NCBI GenBank assembly: GCA_951406725.2
Contig: OX597815.1
Span: 22,630,001 to 22,694,000 of the forward strand
Direction of reading: 5' to 3'
Length of the DNA: 64,000 bases
Origin: Octopus vulgaris
Lineage: Eukaryota
Shown: positions 13,650 to 27,251 of the stretch, one piece after another
Layout of the letters: the number at the start of each line of letters is the position of its first letter
Numbering within the stretch: the stretch's first letter is position 1
Notes under the pieces: model-generated
What the model saw: only the letters and a program-made list of their open reading frames with translations
Databases searched by the model: none
Told to the model about the DNA's origin: nothing
Position numbers and translations under genes: made by a program

Positions 13650-13995
13650 CCATACTAATACACACACCAACTAATACATACTAATACGTACTAATACATA
13701 CTAGTACATACTAATACTTACACCAACCCTATACATACACACGTCCAGACCCCGCATACGCACTTATACTCTCTCACACACACACACACACACCTATACA
13801 TACCAATACGTACTAATACATACTAATACATACTAATACATACACCAACCCCATACATACGCACGTCCAGACCAATCTTACGCACTAATACTCTCTCATA
13901 CAGACACACACACACACACACACACACCCTTATACATACTAATACATACACCAACCCTATACATACACACATCCAGACCCCTCCCACGCACTTTT
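13650..13995. repeat. (CATACTAATA)n plus a ~110-120-bp higher-order tandem unit x3
   Basis: CACCAACCC(T/C)ATACATAC..TCCAGACC recurs at ~13721, 13843 and 13949. Confidence 0.8.
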
Positions 13996-14163
13996 AGCTG
14001 GTCCCTCAACCCTTTTATCAATCCTATTATCTCCCCTTATTTCGCTCTCGCGTCTCATGTTTGATCTTTGACCTCTGGCCGAAATCAGATCGCCATGTTG
14101 ATTCGTTAGCTACTGCACGCATTTTTTTTCTCCCTTCTTTCTGTGTTTTTCTCTCTCTGTGTA

Positions 14164-14201
14164 TCTTTCTGTTGAAGAGCGTAGGCTCGAAACGTTAAAG
14201 A
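14164..14201 (+). ncRNA. minimal hammerhead motif (A6U variant) in a Penelope-like fragment
   Basis: TCTTT-CTGTTGA-A-GAGC-GTAG-GCTC-GAA-ACGT-T-AAAGA. Confidence 0.65.
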
Positions 14202-14298
14202 CTTGTTTTATTTATATTTCCTGAGCGCCATACTAATACAATTGTTCGTTTGTTTTCCACCTGCCTTCGTCTTTTGTTTATTTTCATAAAGCTTCCCG

Positions 14299-14374
<76 letters not shown>

Positions 14375-15545
14375 TTGTGTGTCTGTGTTTGTCCCCCTAG
14401 CATTGCTTGACAACCGATGCTGGTGTGTTTACGTCCCCGTCACTTAGCGGTTCGGCAAAAGAGACCGATAGAATAAGTACTGGGCTTACAAAGAATAAGC
14501 CCCGGGGTCGATTTGCTCGACTAAAGGCGGTGCTCCAGCATGGCCGCAGTCAAATGACTGAAACAAGTAAAAGAGTAAAAGAGTAAAGAGTATATATGTG
14601 TGTAAATATATTTTATGCATATATCTATTTCTCACATATATTCCACTATAGGGAGATGCTTGTGCTATTAAATATCTATTCACCTATATAAGCCATTTCT
14701 TATTCATAAGGAAGTATAGTCCATTCATTCGCTATTTATTTTCTCTGATATCAATCTATCAATATCATTTCGGCAATACATAAGGTAATTCACCGTTGCA
14801 CCTGTACAATAAATAAATAATTTTCCCATCGCATATCACTGTTTTTCGAAATGGATGACAATGGTTATCTAAGCTGATCTTATATTAGTTGTCTTTAAAC
14901 TCGGAAATGTGTTATGCCAGTGAAAATACTGAAAAGTGTTAGTAGTTGATATAGCCGAGGTCTTAATCAAGAAAATGTACAAAATATTCCCTATGACGTA
15001 CGTTTCAAATAACACCTGACAACTAAATCAATCTAGTTGTCTACTTCACAACTAAATATATCACCATCCTTCTCGAGAGCTAGATCTATTATCAGTCTAC
15101 TTGAGTGGACTTTCACCATAATCAGTTCCTTCTAACAAAAGATTCTTACGATCTAGATTCTTATGATTATGTCCGAAAAGAACATCGATTTGAAGAACTG
15201 GTTTTAAAACGATTGAAACTCGCTTTTCACCCTCTTTAAAACCACTTCTTTAAGTCCATGTGCTTTTTTACCGTGATCATAAATATCTTGAAGGGAGAAA
15301 AGAATTTTCAGATCTGCATTTGGCTTGGATTTGTATTTCACAACTGTATGAAAAGCTTTGGGAATCCACCCTAAGAAAAAGAAATTGAATCCATTGTCGC
15401 AGATGGTGGACATCTAGAAGATGCATATCTTTATTAGTTTTACAATAGCACCTCGAAATGAAATTATATGTTTTCTTAAAGAAAATATGACAGTGACATT
15501 ACATACATTGCTGCGATTAAATCACCTCGTATGTGACTCGAAATG

Positions 15546-15935
15546 GATGGATGGAAGCTCTCCGTCGGTTCCGACGACGAGGGTTCCGGTTGATCCGATC
15601 AACGGAACAGCCTGCTCGTGAAATTAACGTGTAAGTGGCTGAGCACTCCACAGACACGTGTACCCTTAACGTAGTTCTCGGGGATATTCAGCGTGACACA
15701 GAGAGTGACAAGGCCGGCCCTTTGAAATACAGGTACAACAGAAACAGGAAGTAAGGGTGAGAGAAAGTTGTGGTGAAAGAGTACAGCAGGGATCACCACC
15801 ATCCCCTGCCGGAGCCCCGCGGAGCTTTAGGTGTTTTCGCTCAATAAACACTCACAACGCCCGGTCTGGGAATCGAAACCGCGATCCTACGACCGCGAGT
15901 CCGCTGCCCTAACCACTGGGCCATTGCACCTCCAC
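15546..15935 (-). mobile_element. full-length OR-type SINE with an 11-bp TSD
   Basis: GACTCGAAATG at 15535-15545 and 15936-15946. Nearly identical to 49627-50008. Confidence 0.92.
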
Positions 15936-16754
15936 GACTCGAAATGAGATGGTGGACAAAAATTTAACGGCAGCTTTGCACCTTGAACTTTTGTATAGGC
16001 TTAGGCGAAATTGCTGAAGGTAAGTCATCGCTTTTGTGCAATCCAGTAAATTATTGCTTGTGCAAGCTGCAATATAAGTATGCTAAGTTATTCCTAAACG
16101 TCCAACAATTTTCACGCTGGCTTATCACGGCATGTGTGAAAAAAATTTTCGGTGGAGGTAGGGGCAGTCAAAAAACTACTTATAATATATTTTTGTGCTA
16201 GAAACACTTTTCGTTGGCAATAAAACAAAGAGTATTTATTGTTAGTTACATTAATGACAGCCACTGTGACAGAGTCGAAGCTTTCTGATACCAGGATGAG
16301 ACTTAACATGGTAAACAAATTTTATGCAGTAACTAAGTTATATTTGCAAAGCAGCTGTTGCAAGGACTATTTTGGCGAGAATTATCATAGTATGTTTAGT
16401 AATTTGTAATCTCTATTGTGCTGTACGACCTTCGTATACTCCCCTTCCAAATTAATAAGAAGTTTACGCTCACCTCCAAAATGTCATGTACGCCGTCCCT
16501 CATACTAATATAAACATATACGTATGCGTGTGTATTCGCGTACATCAGCGCCACTGTGCAGTAATAAGACAGACCACAGTGATATTTGATAATGGATAGC
16601 AGTCTAAATGACATGTAGTGAATGACATATCCATTTCAGTACTTATGACAATTTTTCTTTTTCTTTTCTTTACTTTTTTGTTTTGTTTATGTCGCGGTAA
16701 ACTTTTTGCTTCAATTATTTGTGTGTTACAGTATATGTAGCATCTAGTGATCAT

Positions 16755-16827
<73 letters not shown>

Positions 16828-16856
16828 TGTGTGTGTGTGTGTCTGTGTGTCTGTGT

Positions 16857-16935
<79 letters not shown>

Positions 16936-17257
16936 CGAAAGAATGAAAGAGGCAGACAGACGAACGATATTCTGGCATTGGAAAATAAAACCTAACTGCC
17001 CGAACAAGAAGGGAATTCTATGATTGACAGAGACAAGAACTTTATTTGTATATAGGTAGACAGAATGGCGTGTGACGAGTAAGCAGTTGATGAAGAAGAG
17101 CAGCGTAAAAAAAAGGGTGCACAATTATCCAAAAATGTCCACGATGTGAAATCTTAGACCTTGAGTGTGTGACAGCTTAAATGTGCTTACCAATATGTAC
17201 ATACGTTTGTGCTTGGATGAGTGATTGTAAGCGCGTGTGTGTGTGTGTGTTATATTT

Positions 17258-17463
17258 CTCTTTTACTCTTTTACTTGTTTCAGTTATTTGACTGCGGCCA
17301 TGCTGGAGCACCACCTTTAGTCGAGCAAATCGACCCCCAGGACTTATTCTTTGTAAGCCTAGTACTTATTCTGTCGTTCTCTTTTGCCGAACCTCTTAGT
17401 TACGGGGACGTAAACACATCAGCATCGGTTGTCAAGCGATGTTGGGGGACAAACATAGACACA

Positions 17464-17544
<81 letters not shown>

Positions 17545-17706
17545 GACAGGCTTCTTTCAGTTTCCGTCTACCAAATCCACTCACAAGGCTTTTGTTGGCC
17601 CGAAGCTGTAGTAGAACACACTTGCCCATGGTGCCACGCAATGGAACTGAACCCGGAACCATGTGTTTTGTAAGCAAGTTACTTACCATCAGCCACTCAC
17701 GCGCCT
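17258..17706 (-). mobile_element. OK-type SINE
   Basis: Same structure as the copy at 2585. Confidence 0.9.
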
Positions 17707-19949
17707 GGTAATGTGTAAATATTTATAATTTGCGTAGGCATTTGTTACTCTGAGGAAAATGGGAAAACGAGTTATGGATAAAGATGTATTTACATATGTG
17801 TGTGTGTGTGTATGTTTGTATGCACATGAGCGAGTGTTGCGAATGGTGTGTATCTGTGTGTGTATCTTTGTGGATATGTTTGTGTCTGTGTGTGTGAGAG
17901 AGAGAGAGAGGGGGAGGGCGGGGTGCGAGAGACAGAGAGGATTACTTAGATTGAGATTATGTTTTTAACAATTTACATGTCGGGTAGATAATGATTGATG
18001 TGATATAGGTGTTATAAAAAAGTATAGACGTACAAGCTAACGAGAATGGAAAAATATAAAAGAAAAACGAAGTAAAAGACTTAAAAGAATGCTGTTATAT
18101 ATATAATGGTATAATAAAAGATAGTGAGAGTTAGAAAATATCTGGTAAAGAAAAGAGATTGAGTGAAGATGGAAATTATATTAAAAAGAAAACTGTCTAT
18201 TAAATTAAGAAAGTGATCAGTGAAATAAATGATAAATGATGAGATACAATTGTTGAATCGGTAAAGAAAATAGTTGCTCATAGTTTGAAGCAGCTTGGTA
18301 AGTATATTTAAGTAAAAGAGTAAGATTTGTAAAAAGAAACTGTATTTAAGGAAGCAACAAATACAAGTAAATTTTACTGGTAACAAGAAACACCAAAAAG
18401 CCAATAATCCAAAATCTATGGAGTTGTTTGGTCTGCGTAAGTAAAAGTAATCCAATAGAACAGAATTACGCTAAAAATAAAATGAAATTTTAATTTAGAT
18501 GTGATATCTTAGGCGTAAACTTCGTCCTCGTCGAATACAAAATAATATAGGCAAGATACTATTAATACAATGTTTAGACCTAGGTTTCGAGTACAAGAGT
18601 CATATTTAATTCCTTTTTTTTTTAATATTTGTAAAATAAATAAAGACATGTTTGCAATTAATTATTGAGATACGTAATTCCACCTTTCTTGAATTCAATT
18701 CACTTATGGCAAAATAAGGTACTAAATTTTTCTATAGAAAGTTACCGACAAAAGAATATTTATATTTGTAGAATATTTATATAACAGAAGAAACTGTTGT
18801 TGAGCACAAAAACTTATATATGGTGTTTGTGATTCCCGAAAATTATCAACATGTTCATTCTTATCTCTTCAGCATCACCATATTAAAAACAAAGAGCAAT
18901 GGCAAAGACGGTGATGAGGGCAGTAAGAATTACGATGAAGATGATTCTATTTAGCATGAAACAAAAAGCATTAATACAAAGTTGAACAAACACAGCATAG
19001 CCACAATATGAATACAAAACACTAACAATAAAACAAAACACAGAAAAATGCCGTACAAAGAGACATCAGTTCAAGTCGTTAGTAATATCACATGAGCAGA
19101 AAAAGAATCTGTAAATTTGGCAGTGAAAGGACATTCCATGCTATATGGCGGCAGCACAGAATTCTGCCTGCCATTCTAACACAGTGGAATTGGGCCACTT
19201 AGCTGTAGACTATATTTGGGCTTGCTGTTTTTGTTGTGGCTTTCTTTTTCAATATGAGGGCATAGCAATTAGTGGGTAGAATGCATCAGCCTTATGACTA
19301 TATTTCTGAGTATGCATCATATGTAGTACACTCGAGCAATGTATGCGTGTACAGGTGAAGCACATATATCACAACAAAAATCCATTGTGTATGAGGGTAT
19401 AAAAACATTATAATTTGTGTATATAAATATATTTCATATCTATACGTTTATACATGATAAATAATCGTTTGATCATACGTGCAAAGCTCCAAATTTGAAG
19501 AATAGATACTTTCGATTCGTTAGACAAAATATTCAACCTGAATTTATTTTATCGATCTCCAAGGGTAGAAAGTAAAGTCAATCCTATTGAAATATTATCA
19601 TATTTGTTTGTACAGACAAAAATGAAACGTATATAAAAATAAGTATATATTATCCACGTATTGTAATATGCGTATAGTATATACACCGCCGTGTATAGTA
19701 TATACAGCGCCGTTTTGTACTGTTTATTGTAATATATAAGGGAAATTGAAAGGCTCAAGGCAGTACTAGTATAATCTATGATAATATAGTTTTTATACGC
19801 TGGTTTTTCTGTATGCTGAAGAATTAAGCTGAATAAGTGCGCTTACCGAGTTCCGGTATTTTTTTCATTTTTTACTGCGTCTGTGTTCTAATTCCTAAAT
19901 TAAGAATTGCCTACAACACCTCAACAGTATGAATGTTTTAAGAGTAATC

Positions 19950-20760
19950 TGTGTTTGTGTGGTATGTTTATGTTGTTGAGTGTGACGATTGATCATATTT
20001 AGTGTTATTTGGTGTTGCTAGCGAAATGAGTGATGAATTTGGTGGGTGCTAAAATCTTTTCAAAGTGGCTGAGATAGGACCGGGTTTATTATAATATCTA
20101 TGTCTGTAGTAGGAGATAAATGTGATATCATTTTTCTATGATGACTTGTGAAAGTTGTTACAAAGACTGAGATGAAAGATCCTCGTAACATTCCATTCGA
20201 AATTTTACAAATTCTAGTTGTGTTCTCATTGTCTCTCCAAATGCTTAACGAATTTGGTGATAGAGTACTAACCCTTGACGTTCTTTGTTTTCTTTTCATT
20301 TAGCTTAGCATTTCCTTTATGGATAGGGAATAAGAAGAATCGGACCCTTTGGTGATGTAATTGGAAATTCGAGTGATGTGTTGTAAGTTTGTAATTTTGT
20401 TGTTTTGAAAATGTGATGCATTATTTTATGCGAGGTTTGTGAATATAGCAGTTGAGAGAAATGGTCTCAATACGTGTTGAGAGTTTGAAATTAGCGGAAT
20501 AGGAAGAAATTATTCTATCAAGGTTTTTGTTAAGTTTTGAAATTGATTACTACATGTCCGAATTTTGATGATTTGACTGTGTTGATACACTGATAAGAAA
20601 ATGCAATTATTATTTTTTTTAGCCTCAGGTGATATAGTTACATACTTGTGAGAATTTTCTGAACCCGAGACTTTTGAAGAGTTTTTTTTTTTTTTTTTTT
20701 TTTGATGGAAGGGAGTTCTAGTCAATTTATGTGGAAGATTTGTTTTGTTTGTATATTGAG
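19950..20760 (-). mobile_element. highly decayed non-LTR RT fragment
   Basis: KISNGMLRGSFISVF resembles GVPQGSVISP, and KVSGSEN resembles KSPGPD. Confidence 0.4.
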
Positions 20761-21814
20761 GATGTAACTTATATACTACTGAAATTACAACTTTCTGAAC
20801 TGGTACGACCTACTATATTTGCTAAGTAATTCACAAATGATGCCGCATTTCATTGTATTTGCTTGAGTTCCATAAAACACGGTCGTTCAATGAGCTAAAT
20901 TCAGCAGCCCCTGCTATCTTCAAAAGAGGGTGGAATTCAAAAACATCAGTCGTTAACCTCGGTTCAGCCCTGATTGAGCATACATATGATCTAAAACATT
21001 CCAGCCGTCACCATCCCATCAGTTTATGAGTATGCAAGACATTATCCAACCTATCCATTCCTTTCCCAAAACGCTAGAGTGTAATTTGAGAGAGAGAGAG
21101 TTGGTAGCTATTTCTTGCAGGTTAAATTACTATATCGAGGCACAGTAATTAAGTATGGTATAGTGTTCCATGTAAGGGAGCAAGCAGTGAATGGTTGGGC
21201 GGAGTTAATATTTGAAAGTGTTACTTAGCTACTTATGATATAATATTTTCTCAGATTGTATGACCAATATAATGACACATACATAGGATGGTAGTGAGAA
21301 AAATATCTTTATTATGTAACTAGTTGCAATTTGATCTACTGAGAAATTTCGCGAGTCAAGTGACAAAAATGTAATATTATGAAATGGTATGTTTGTAGCG
21401 CGTCGGCTAAATATATGGCTATTAGAAGTATTGGGAGAAAGAGAAAGAGAGAAGATAAAAGAGACATGCAGAAAGACTGATAGACAAACTGAAAATAAAC
21501 TGACAGACAAAAAGATGAATGGAATAAGATACGTAAACCCTAAGAGAATAAAACAAAACAATAAAAAAAAATCAGAGAAACAAAAGAAAGAAAAAGGAAA
21601 AGCTACTATAGAATGAAAAGAAAGAAAGGGAGCTCAAAGTGACTAAAATGAAAGTATTTGTTAATCCCAGATATAAAATTTGCGCATAAATATTCTATCT
21701 GTAGCTATCTCCCTTCTGTTCTGTTGGCATATTCATAAGCCAGATATTAAATAACATTGACTACCAAAGAGAAATTTCGTAAATGGAGAAAAAATATTGA
21801 TAAAAATTAACTTG

Positions 21815-21963
21815 ATTTACATTTGACGGATATTTGTCCTCATCTTGTTTGTTGTTAACACAACGTTTCGGCTGATATACTCTCTAGCCTTCATCGGGTG
21901 TCTTGGGGAAATTTCAAACCTGGGTTCTCATTCCTAAGGTATTTTTCGATGATATTATTATTA

Positions 21964-22004
<41 letters not shown>

Positions 22005-22163
22005 AACGCTGCCTGGAATCGAACTCGGAATCTTGACCACTACGCCATATGCCCGTGGGCATATGGCGTAGTGGTTAACAACAAACAAGATGAGAAATAA
22101 TATCCGTCAATTGTAAATAATGTAAATAATGTACATAATTCCTCATCTCTTAAATATAGAACT
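21815..22163 (-). mobile_element. tRNA-head / Penelope-tail composite element with inverted ends
   Basis: 21815-21859 is approximately the reverse complement of 22074-22118. The minus strand reads TGGCGTAGTGG..GAGTTCGATTCC (A/B box-like). A hammerhead lies at 21857-21902. Confidence 0.7.
21857..21902 (-). ncRNA. minimal hammerhead motif (U4C variant)
   Basis: GACAC-CCGATGA-A-GGCT..AGCC-GAA-ACGT-T-GTGTT. Confidence 0.65.
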
Positions 22164-23935
22164 AAAAATCAACAGTTCAATAAACTGAAAAAGACAACTT
22201 TTACATAAATTACAAAGTTTACAGATATAAATTAAATCAAGATAACCTAAGTAGTGTTGAAGTTCGTCAGTTTGTCATATAGCATTTCCTTGATCGCCTA
22301 ATTTATAAAATCTGGGATAAAATACATCTATAGTTACATAACACAAGCAAATTTCTTCTTCAAACGGCCTCAACCAAAACACAAACAAAATTATATAGCT
22401 CTTTTTTTTATTATTCTATGGTAGATGGGAGAACACTTAAGTTGTCTAGTTTCAAAATTCGGACGGTTGCGTTGGATTTTTAATCTAGAGCTATAATTGT
22501 ACACTGTTACCTTCATAAAAGTCGACCGGTGCTTTTTCATTTATAAAAATATAAAGCAAAAAAAAAATTATTTCCTTATTGTTGCTTCGTTAACATGTGG
22601 GACCGTTGAAATAAGAGATTAATCTAAGAAACTTCATTTGCAGAAAACATGGTAACTGTGATCATACGCTGCAATGTATTTGATACAATTGATGTTATAG
22701 ACTTTGGTGTATAATAATCAATATTAGGCTAATGTTATTTCCAGATCTGTAAACTGGATAGATTGTACTTGGCTGATGCTAATGCTAGGTTATAATGTTT
22801 CACTGAAAGTTTGCTTAAAAGGAGAACAAAGTTATTGTTCGAACCGTTCGTTTGGGTGAGTTTAAATTTTGGAAAGATTTTAATGATTTTGTATGCTATT
22901 GAAATTACAACTTTCTGAACTGGTACGACCTACTATATTTGCTAAGTAATTTACAAACTGGTACGACCTACTTATATTTGCTAAGTAATTCACATTGTAT
23001 TTTTGGTTTATAACGTACATAAATGACTATAATGGAATTGGAGTCCTCGTGAAGTGAAGTTACAACTTGATCAATTACGTTTTAAACTATGTCAATAAAT
23101 TCTGTTGCGATTTTTGTGGCGTTAATATCAATAACACTGTTCCATCCTGTGTCGAAGATTTTTAATCTCCGCCTATCCAGACTGGACTACTGAAATCATA
23201 GGATGCTATTCAAGCCAAAATTATTTTCTGTTTTATTATAAAGTCACGCTTCAGCTCTATCATCGGGCAGACCTCCAATCAGAGATGCGATAACTCTGAC
23301 TAGTATATATATTTTTACACATGCTGTATCTAGAAATATATCATTCAATTTGTCCTCCTGCTTTAAGATTGTAGAGTGTGATTTGAATAAAATATGACAT
23401 TATTTTCAAATGGTCAAACAACCAAAACGCGAAAAGGTTTCGCCTTTGGCTTGTTAACTATCATTATTTGTACACTTTGTAGGACGACTAGCCACTGAAA
23501 TAACAATTTGGGGATAGTATACCTTGCTTCTGATGAGAATGAATGCTGTGCAAAATATTTACCCAGATTTAAGGAATTTCTTTGCAACTTTTAGTTATCG
23601 TCTCGCTGTTTTCCTAATTGTTGCATGAGAACGGTAATACAATTTCCAGACGGGGAATTTGGAAAACGATTCAGTTCCATTTAAAAGTCGATCAATGTTA
23701 ATTATCATTAAATACTTTGCATTCACATTGATGATGGAACTTTTTGAGCGGTAACCGCATTGGATTGCCTTGCAATAAACTTAATGTTTTCTCCCATTTA
23801 TCTTCGAGTATTATAGTTAACAGTTTGATTGTGCATCTGTATTTTGGTTTATCTTAATCTTCTTCTGCTTGTCTCTAATTTTATGTGCCTACACTTGTGT
23901 ATGTACAGGCATCTTCCATAATTCAGAAACGTTGC

Positions 23936-24150
23936 AAGGCGGCGAGCTGGCAGAAACGTTAGCACGACGGGCGAAATGCTTAGCAGTATTTCGTCTGTCT
24001 TTACGTTCTGGATTCAAATTCCGCCGAGGTCGACTTTGCCTTTCATCCTTTCGGGGTCGATAAATTAAGTGCCAGTTGCGTACTGGGGTTGATCTAATCG
24101 GCTTGCCCCCGCCCCCAAAATTTCGGGCCTTGTACTTAAAGTAGAAAAAA
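23936..24150 (+). mobile_element. Nin/Deu-domain-like SINE with an 18-bp TSD
   Basis: GTCGACTTTGCCTTTCATCCTTTCGGGGTCGATAAA core. ATAATTCAGAAACGTTGC at 23918-23935 and 24151-24168. Confidence 0.9.
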
Positions 24151-24929
24151 ATAATTCAGAAACGTTGCGTTCTTGAAAATCTTGCTGTATCATGAAAGTC
24201 CGTAAAGCGAAAAGTGTTTTCCCATTCAGTTCCATGTTAATGGAAAATGGGTTCCACGCTACGGCATTCTGTGTTACGGTAACATTGTTCAGAAACGCGA
24301 ATTTCCGTAACGTGGTGGGGCTTGTACTTGCGCGTGTGTATATTGATCTTAACGTGCGTATATGCATACAATTGAATGTTTATGTGGGCCAATAAATATC
24401 CTGATCTGGGGTGAATTAATGAGCCGGTTACATATTCTATTTTATATGCTTTGTTTGTCGACTTGGAATTATATGAATCATATGTCACAGATTTCCAGTT
24501 TCTGATCTCTAAACCATCGAAACTAATTTAGACATTTCACATCTAATTCAGAAATTAGAGAAGATAGAGCACAAGTGATAACATTTAGCAATTAAATCAT
24601 CTTTTCAATACAATAAGAAGTTATTGTGAGTTCCTTTGTAGAAATCGAAAATACGCGGAAATATCATGTCACGGTTCGAGTTAATGATATAATAGCATTA
24701 ATTTCATTTTAATTATAATTTAGAGTAGCGAATTCACTAAAATAATATTGCACCTCGTGATATTCAGTTTCTTTTTTCAATATTTTTGTTTTAAAACCAC
24801 CGATAGCCACTTCATTTTTCCAACTTCTAATATCTTCATGTTACGTATCAGACAGATATCAATGGAGACTCCAGCAAATGCCTGCAATTCTTAGCAAAAT
24901 ATAGACTAAAAGCTGTAGCTCTATGTTTG

Positions 24930-25750
24930 TACATAGTCATTCAACTTCTACGGGTTAATAAATAAAAGAAAAAACAAGTGATGTATCAAATTCTTCGCAA
25001 GATCTTACAAAATCTTGATAGAAAGATAATTGTCGATGGATCCTTTTCTGGAGTGGAAAGATTAGGTTAGATGCCTGGGAGGATACGCAGAAAGAAACAC
25101 AAGTGTATTGGGTAGAATGGAATGCAAATAGCTAGCTCTTTCCAAAGAGTTGCCTTCCTTCTGTCTATTCACCTCTGAAGGTTACTCTTTTTTCCGTTAT
25201 GAATGTGAGATTGTCAAGAGAAATTACCAGTGAATCTGAATCCTAGCATTTGTAACAACTCTGAGGATTTTAACTGTGCGTTGTCCAAAACTAGAGGGTG
25301 TGTTTTACTATATGCGAATACAGTGTTTGCGTACTGTTGAAGTAAATGATATTGTCAGTTTCTTGCAGAGGGTTTTCGAGATCAATATTGTTAGAGACTA
25401 TGATATATATGATGCGAAATTACTCTGATGTCTAACTGCAGAATGCTAAGGAATGAAAAGTGACATCATCTGCAAAGAAGTTATCGTTTTAAGTGATAGT
25501 AAATGGGTCGTTAATGTACAAGAGGAAGAGTGCGGCAAGTTTAACCGAACCTTGCTACATGCCAGATATAAAGAGATCTGGATAAAGAGAGATTCATCAA
25601 TTGTCGCTGCAACTGAGCGATCTCACAGCAAACTTCCGACACAAAAGTCGAATGACGGATGAAGTCTGTACACTGGTGTTTTAGACAAGAGATTTGCATG
25701 CCAGATACGATCCAAATGACTTGCTAGTTTAAGATGGTTTATGGGAAGAC
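24930..25750 (-). mobile_element. CR1/Jockey-like LINE RT remnant
   Basis: DRIWHANLLSK; QGSVKLAALFLLYIND..FFADD. Confidence 0.7.
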
Positions 25751-25756
25751 CCTTAG

Positions 25757-26120
25757 ATGAATACAAATGAGTGTATAGCAATAATTATATGATGAATCCA
25801 AGGAAAGAAGTTCAACGAAATCAGAAATAAGTTTGAGAAGAAATTCAACAAAGGCGATACGTTAACTAGAGAACAAATTTACAGGATGAAAAGAGCGGGT
25901 ATCTAAGTATGTAGAGGATAAAATGAACACTGAGTAAATCACTGATGAAAATGTATGTCTCTTCGTACTGTTGTTTACAGGTTCAATATCTCAAAGACCT
26001 CTTTGCACATAATTCTGAAAGTTAATTTGCGTAAAAAGAGCTGTAACCTACAGGTTTTACATGATTTGCCAGATAACTATTACTACACTGTCCATAGTAT
26101 TCGTTTTAATTGTCTAGAAA
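25757..26120 (+). mobile_element. Tc1/mariner N-terminal (HTH) remnant
   Basis: MSLRTVVYRFNISKTSLHIILKVNLRKKSCNLQVLHDL resembles the rosa/maT DNA-binding region. Confidence 0.55.
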
Positions 26121-26800
26121 AGAATACATCTACATTAAGTAGGATCTAAGTATTGCTATTCAATAAATTTAGCTATTTTTATAACTACGTCTACCAGTAG
26201 ACGTTGTTATAAAAATATGAATAAGCGCGCAATCAAAGCCATTTGCTGAAGTTGTCAGTTTTCTGCTCCAAGCATTTTATGTAGATTTCTTTTGTTGGGA
26301 TGGCGATGGTCTTGGTTGACATAGTGATTTGCAGTGTCTGCATTTTTAATACCGTGAATGTAAATGGCGCAGAAATAGGAGCTTATTTGTTAGAATGCTT
26401 GTTCACTAGAACAAGAGCACTTAGAAACAAAATAATAGTCGATACTTCAGAAGTAATAGTTAAATACATACATTTTATAAACAAGAGTCTTCAGATTTAT
26501 AAATATGTTTCGATCGACTTATCTGTTCAGAACTAATAATTGAATATCTATAAATTAGTTTAAAAACTTGTTTATAGTTATTGAAGAAAGTAAAAGTAGG
26601 CGATAACTGCGAGAGAAAAAAAGAAGTTTAAAAGTCACGGAAAATGTGAGAAAATCAGCGGTGTTAAAATAAATAAATTAAAAAGTCGTGAAGTTTACAA
26701 CTTTGGCACTGACATCCAAATTTGTAAACCATATTAGTTATTGAGTGATAAGAAGATTTGTAATTTACCGAGTTTTCAGTATATTATTATTAGTGGTAGT

Positions 26801-27010
26801 AAGGTGGCTAGCTGACAAAGTCGTTAGCACGTGGGACAAAATACCTAGCAGCATTACGTTCTGAGTTCAAATTCTACCAGGGTCAACTTTGCCTTTCATC
26901 CTTTCGGGGTCGATAAAATAAGAGCCAGTTGAGTCCTGGGGTCGATGTAATCAACTTATTCCCTCCCTACAAAATTTCAGGCTTCGTGTCAAATGTAGAA
27001 AGGATTATTA
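26801..27010 (+). mobile_element. Nin-domain-like SINE
   Basis: Same core as the copy at 23936, with an (ATT)n tail. Confidence 0.85.
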
Positions 27011-27061
27011 TTATTAGTGTATGATTTGGTGTGACATATAAGGAAAAGTAAAAAGATAAAT

Positions 27062-27235
27062 TAGGTGATCCTTTCAGATCACGTTTTCTTAGCCATCTCT
27101 AAGTATTGATCTTGTCCTTTCGTTCGATTTCTCTGAGGTATTGCCCATGCAGTAGTTTCATTTTCCAGTTGTTTATTCTTTCTTCTTCATCTAGTTTCTT
27201 AAATGTTTGTGGGTACATCACATTTTCGGTTGGTG
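27062..27235 (-). mobile_element. Dong/R4-like LINE internal fragment
   Basis: RINNWKMKLLHGQYLREI..WLRKRDLKG. Confidence 0.75.
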
Positions 27236-27251
27236 TTGTTATTATTATTAT

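Larger units (their letters stand above)
13354..14590 (+). mobile_element. OK-type SINE split by a minisatellite and a Penelope-like insert
   Basis: Head at 13354-13512 and tail at 14360-14590, in the same orientation. Confidence 0.75.

Noticed and set aside
14990-15100. Minus-strand GAA-ACGTACGT-C (similarly GAA-ACCTAGGT-C at ~18580)
   Set aside because: No matching CUGANGA and helix I were found.
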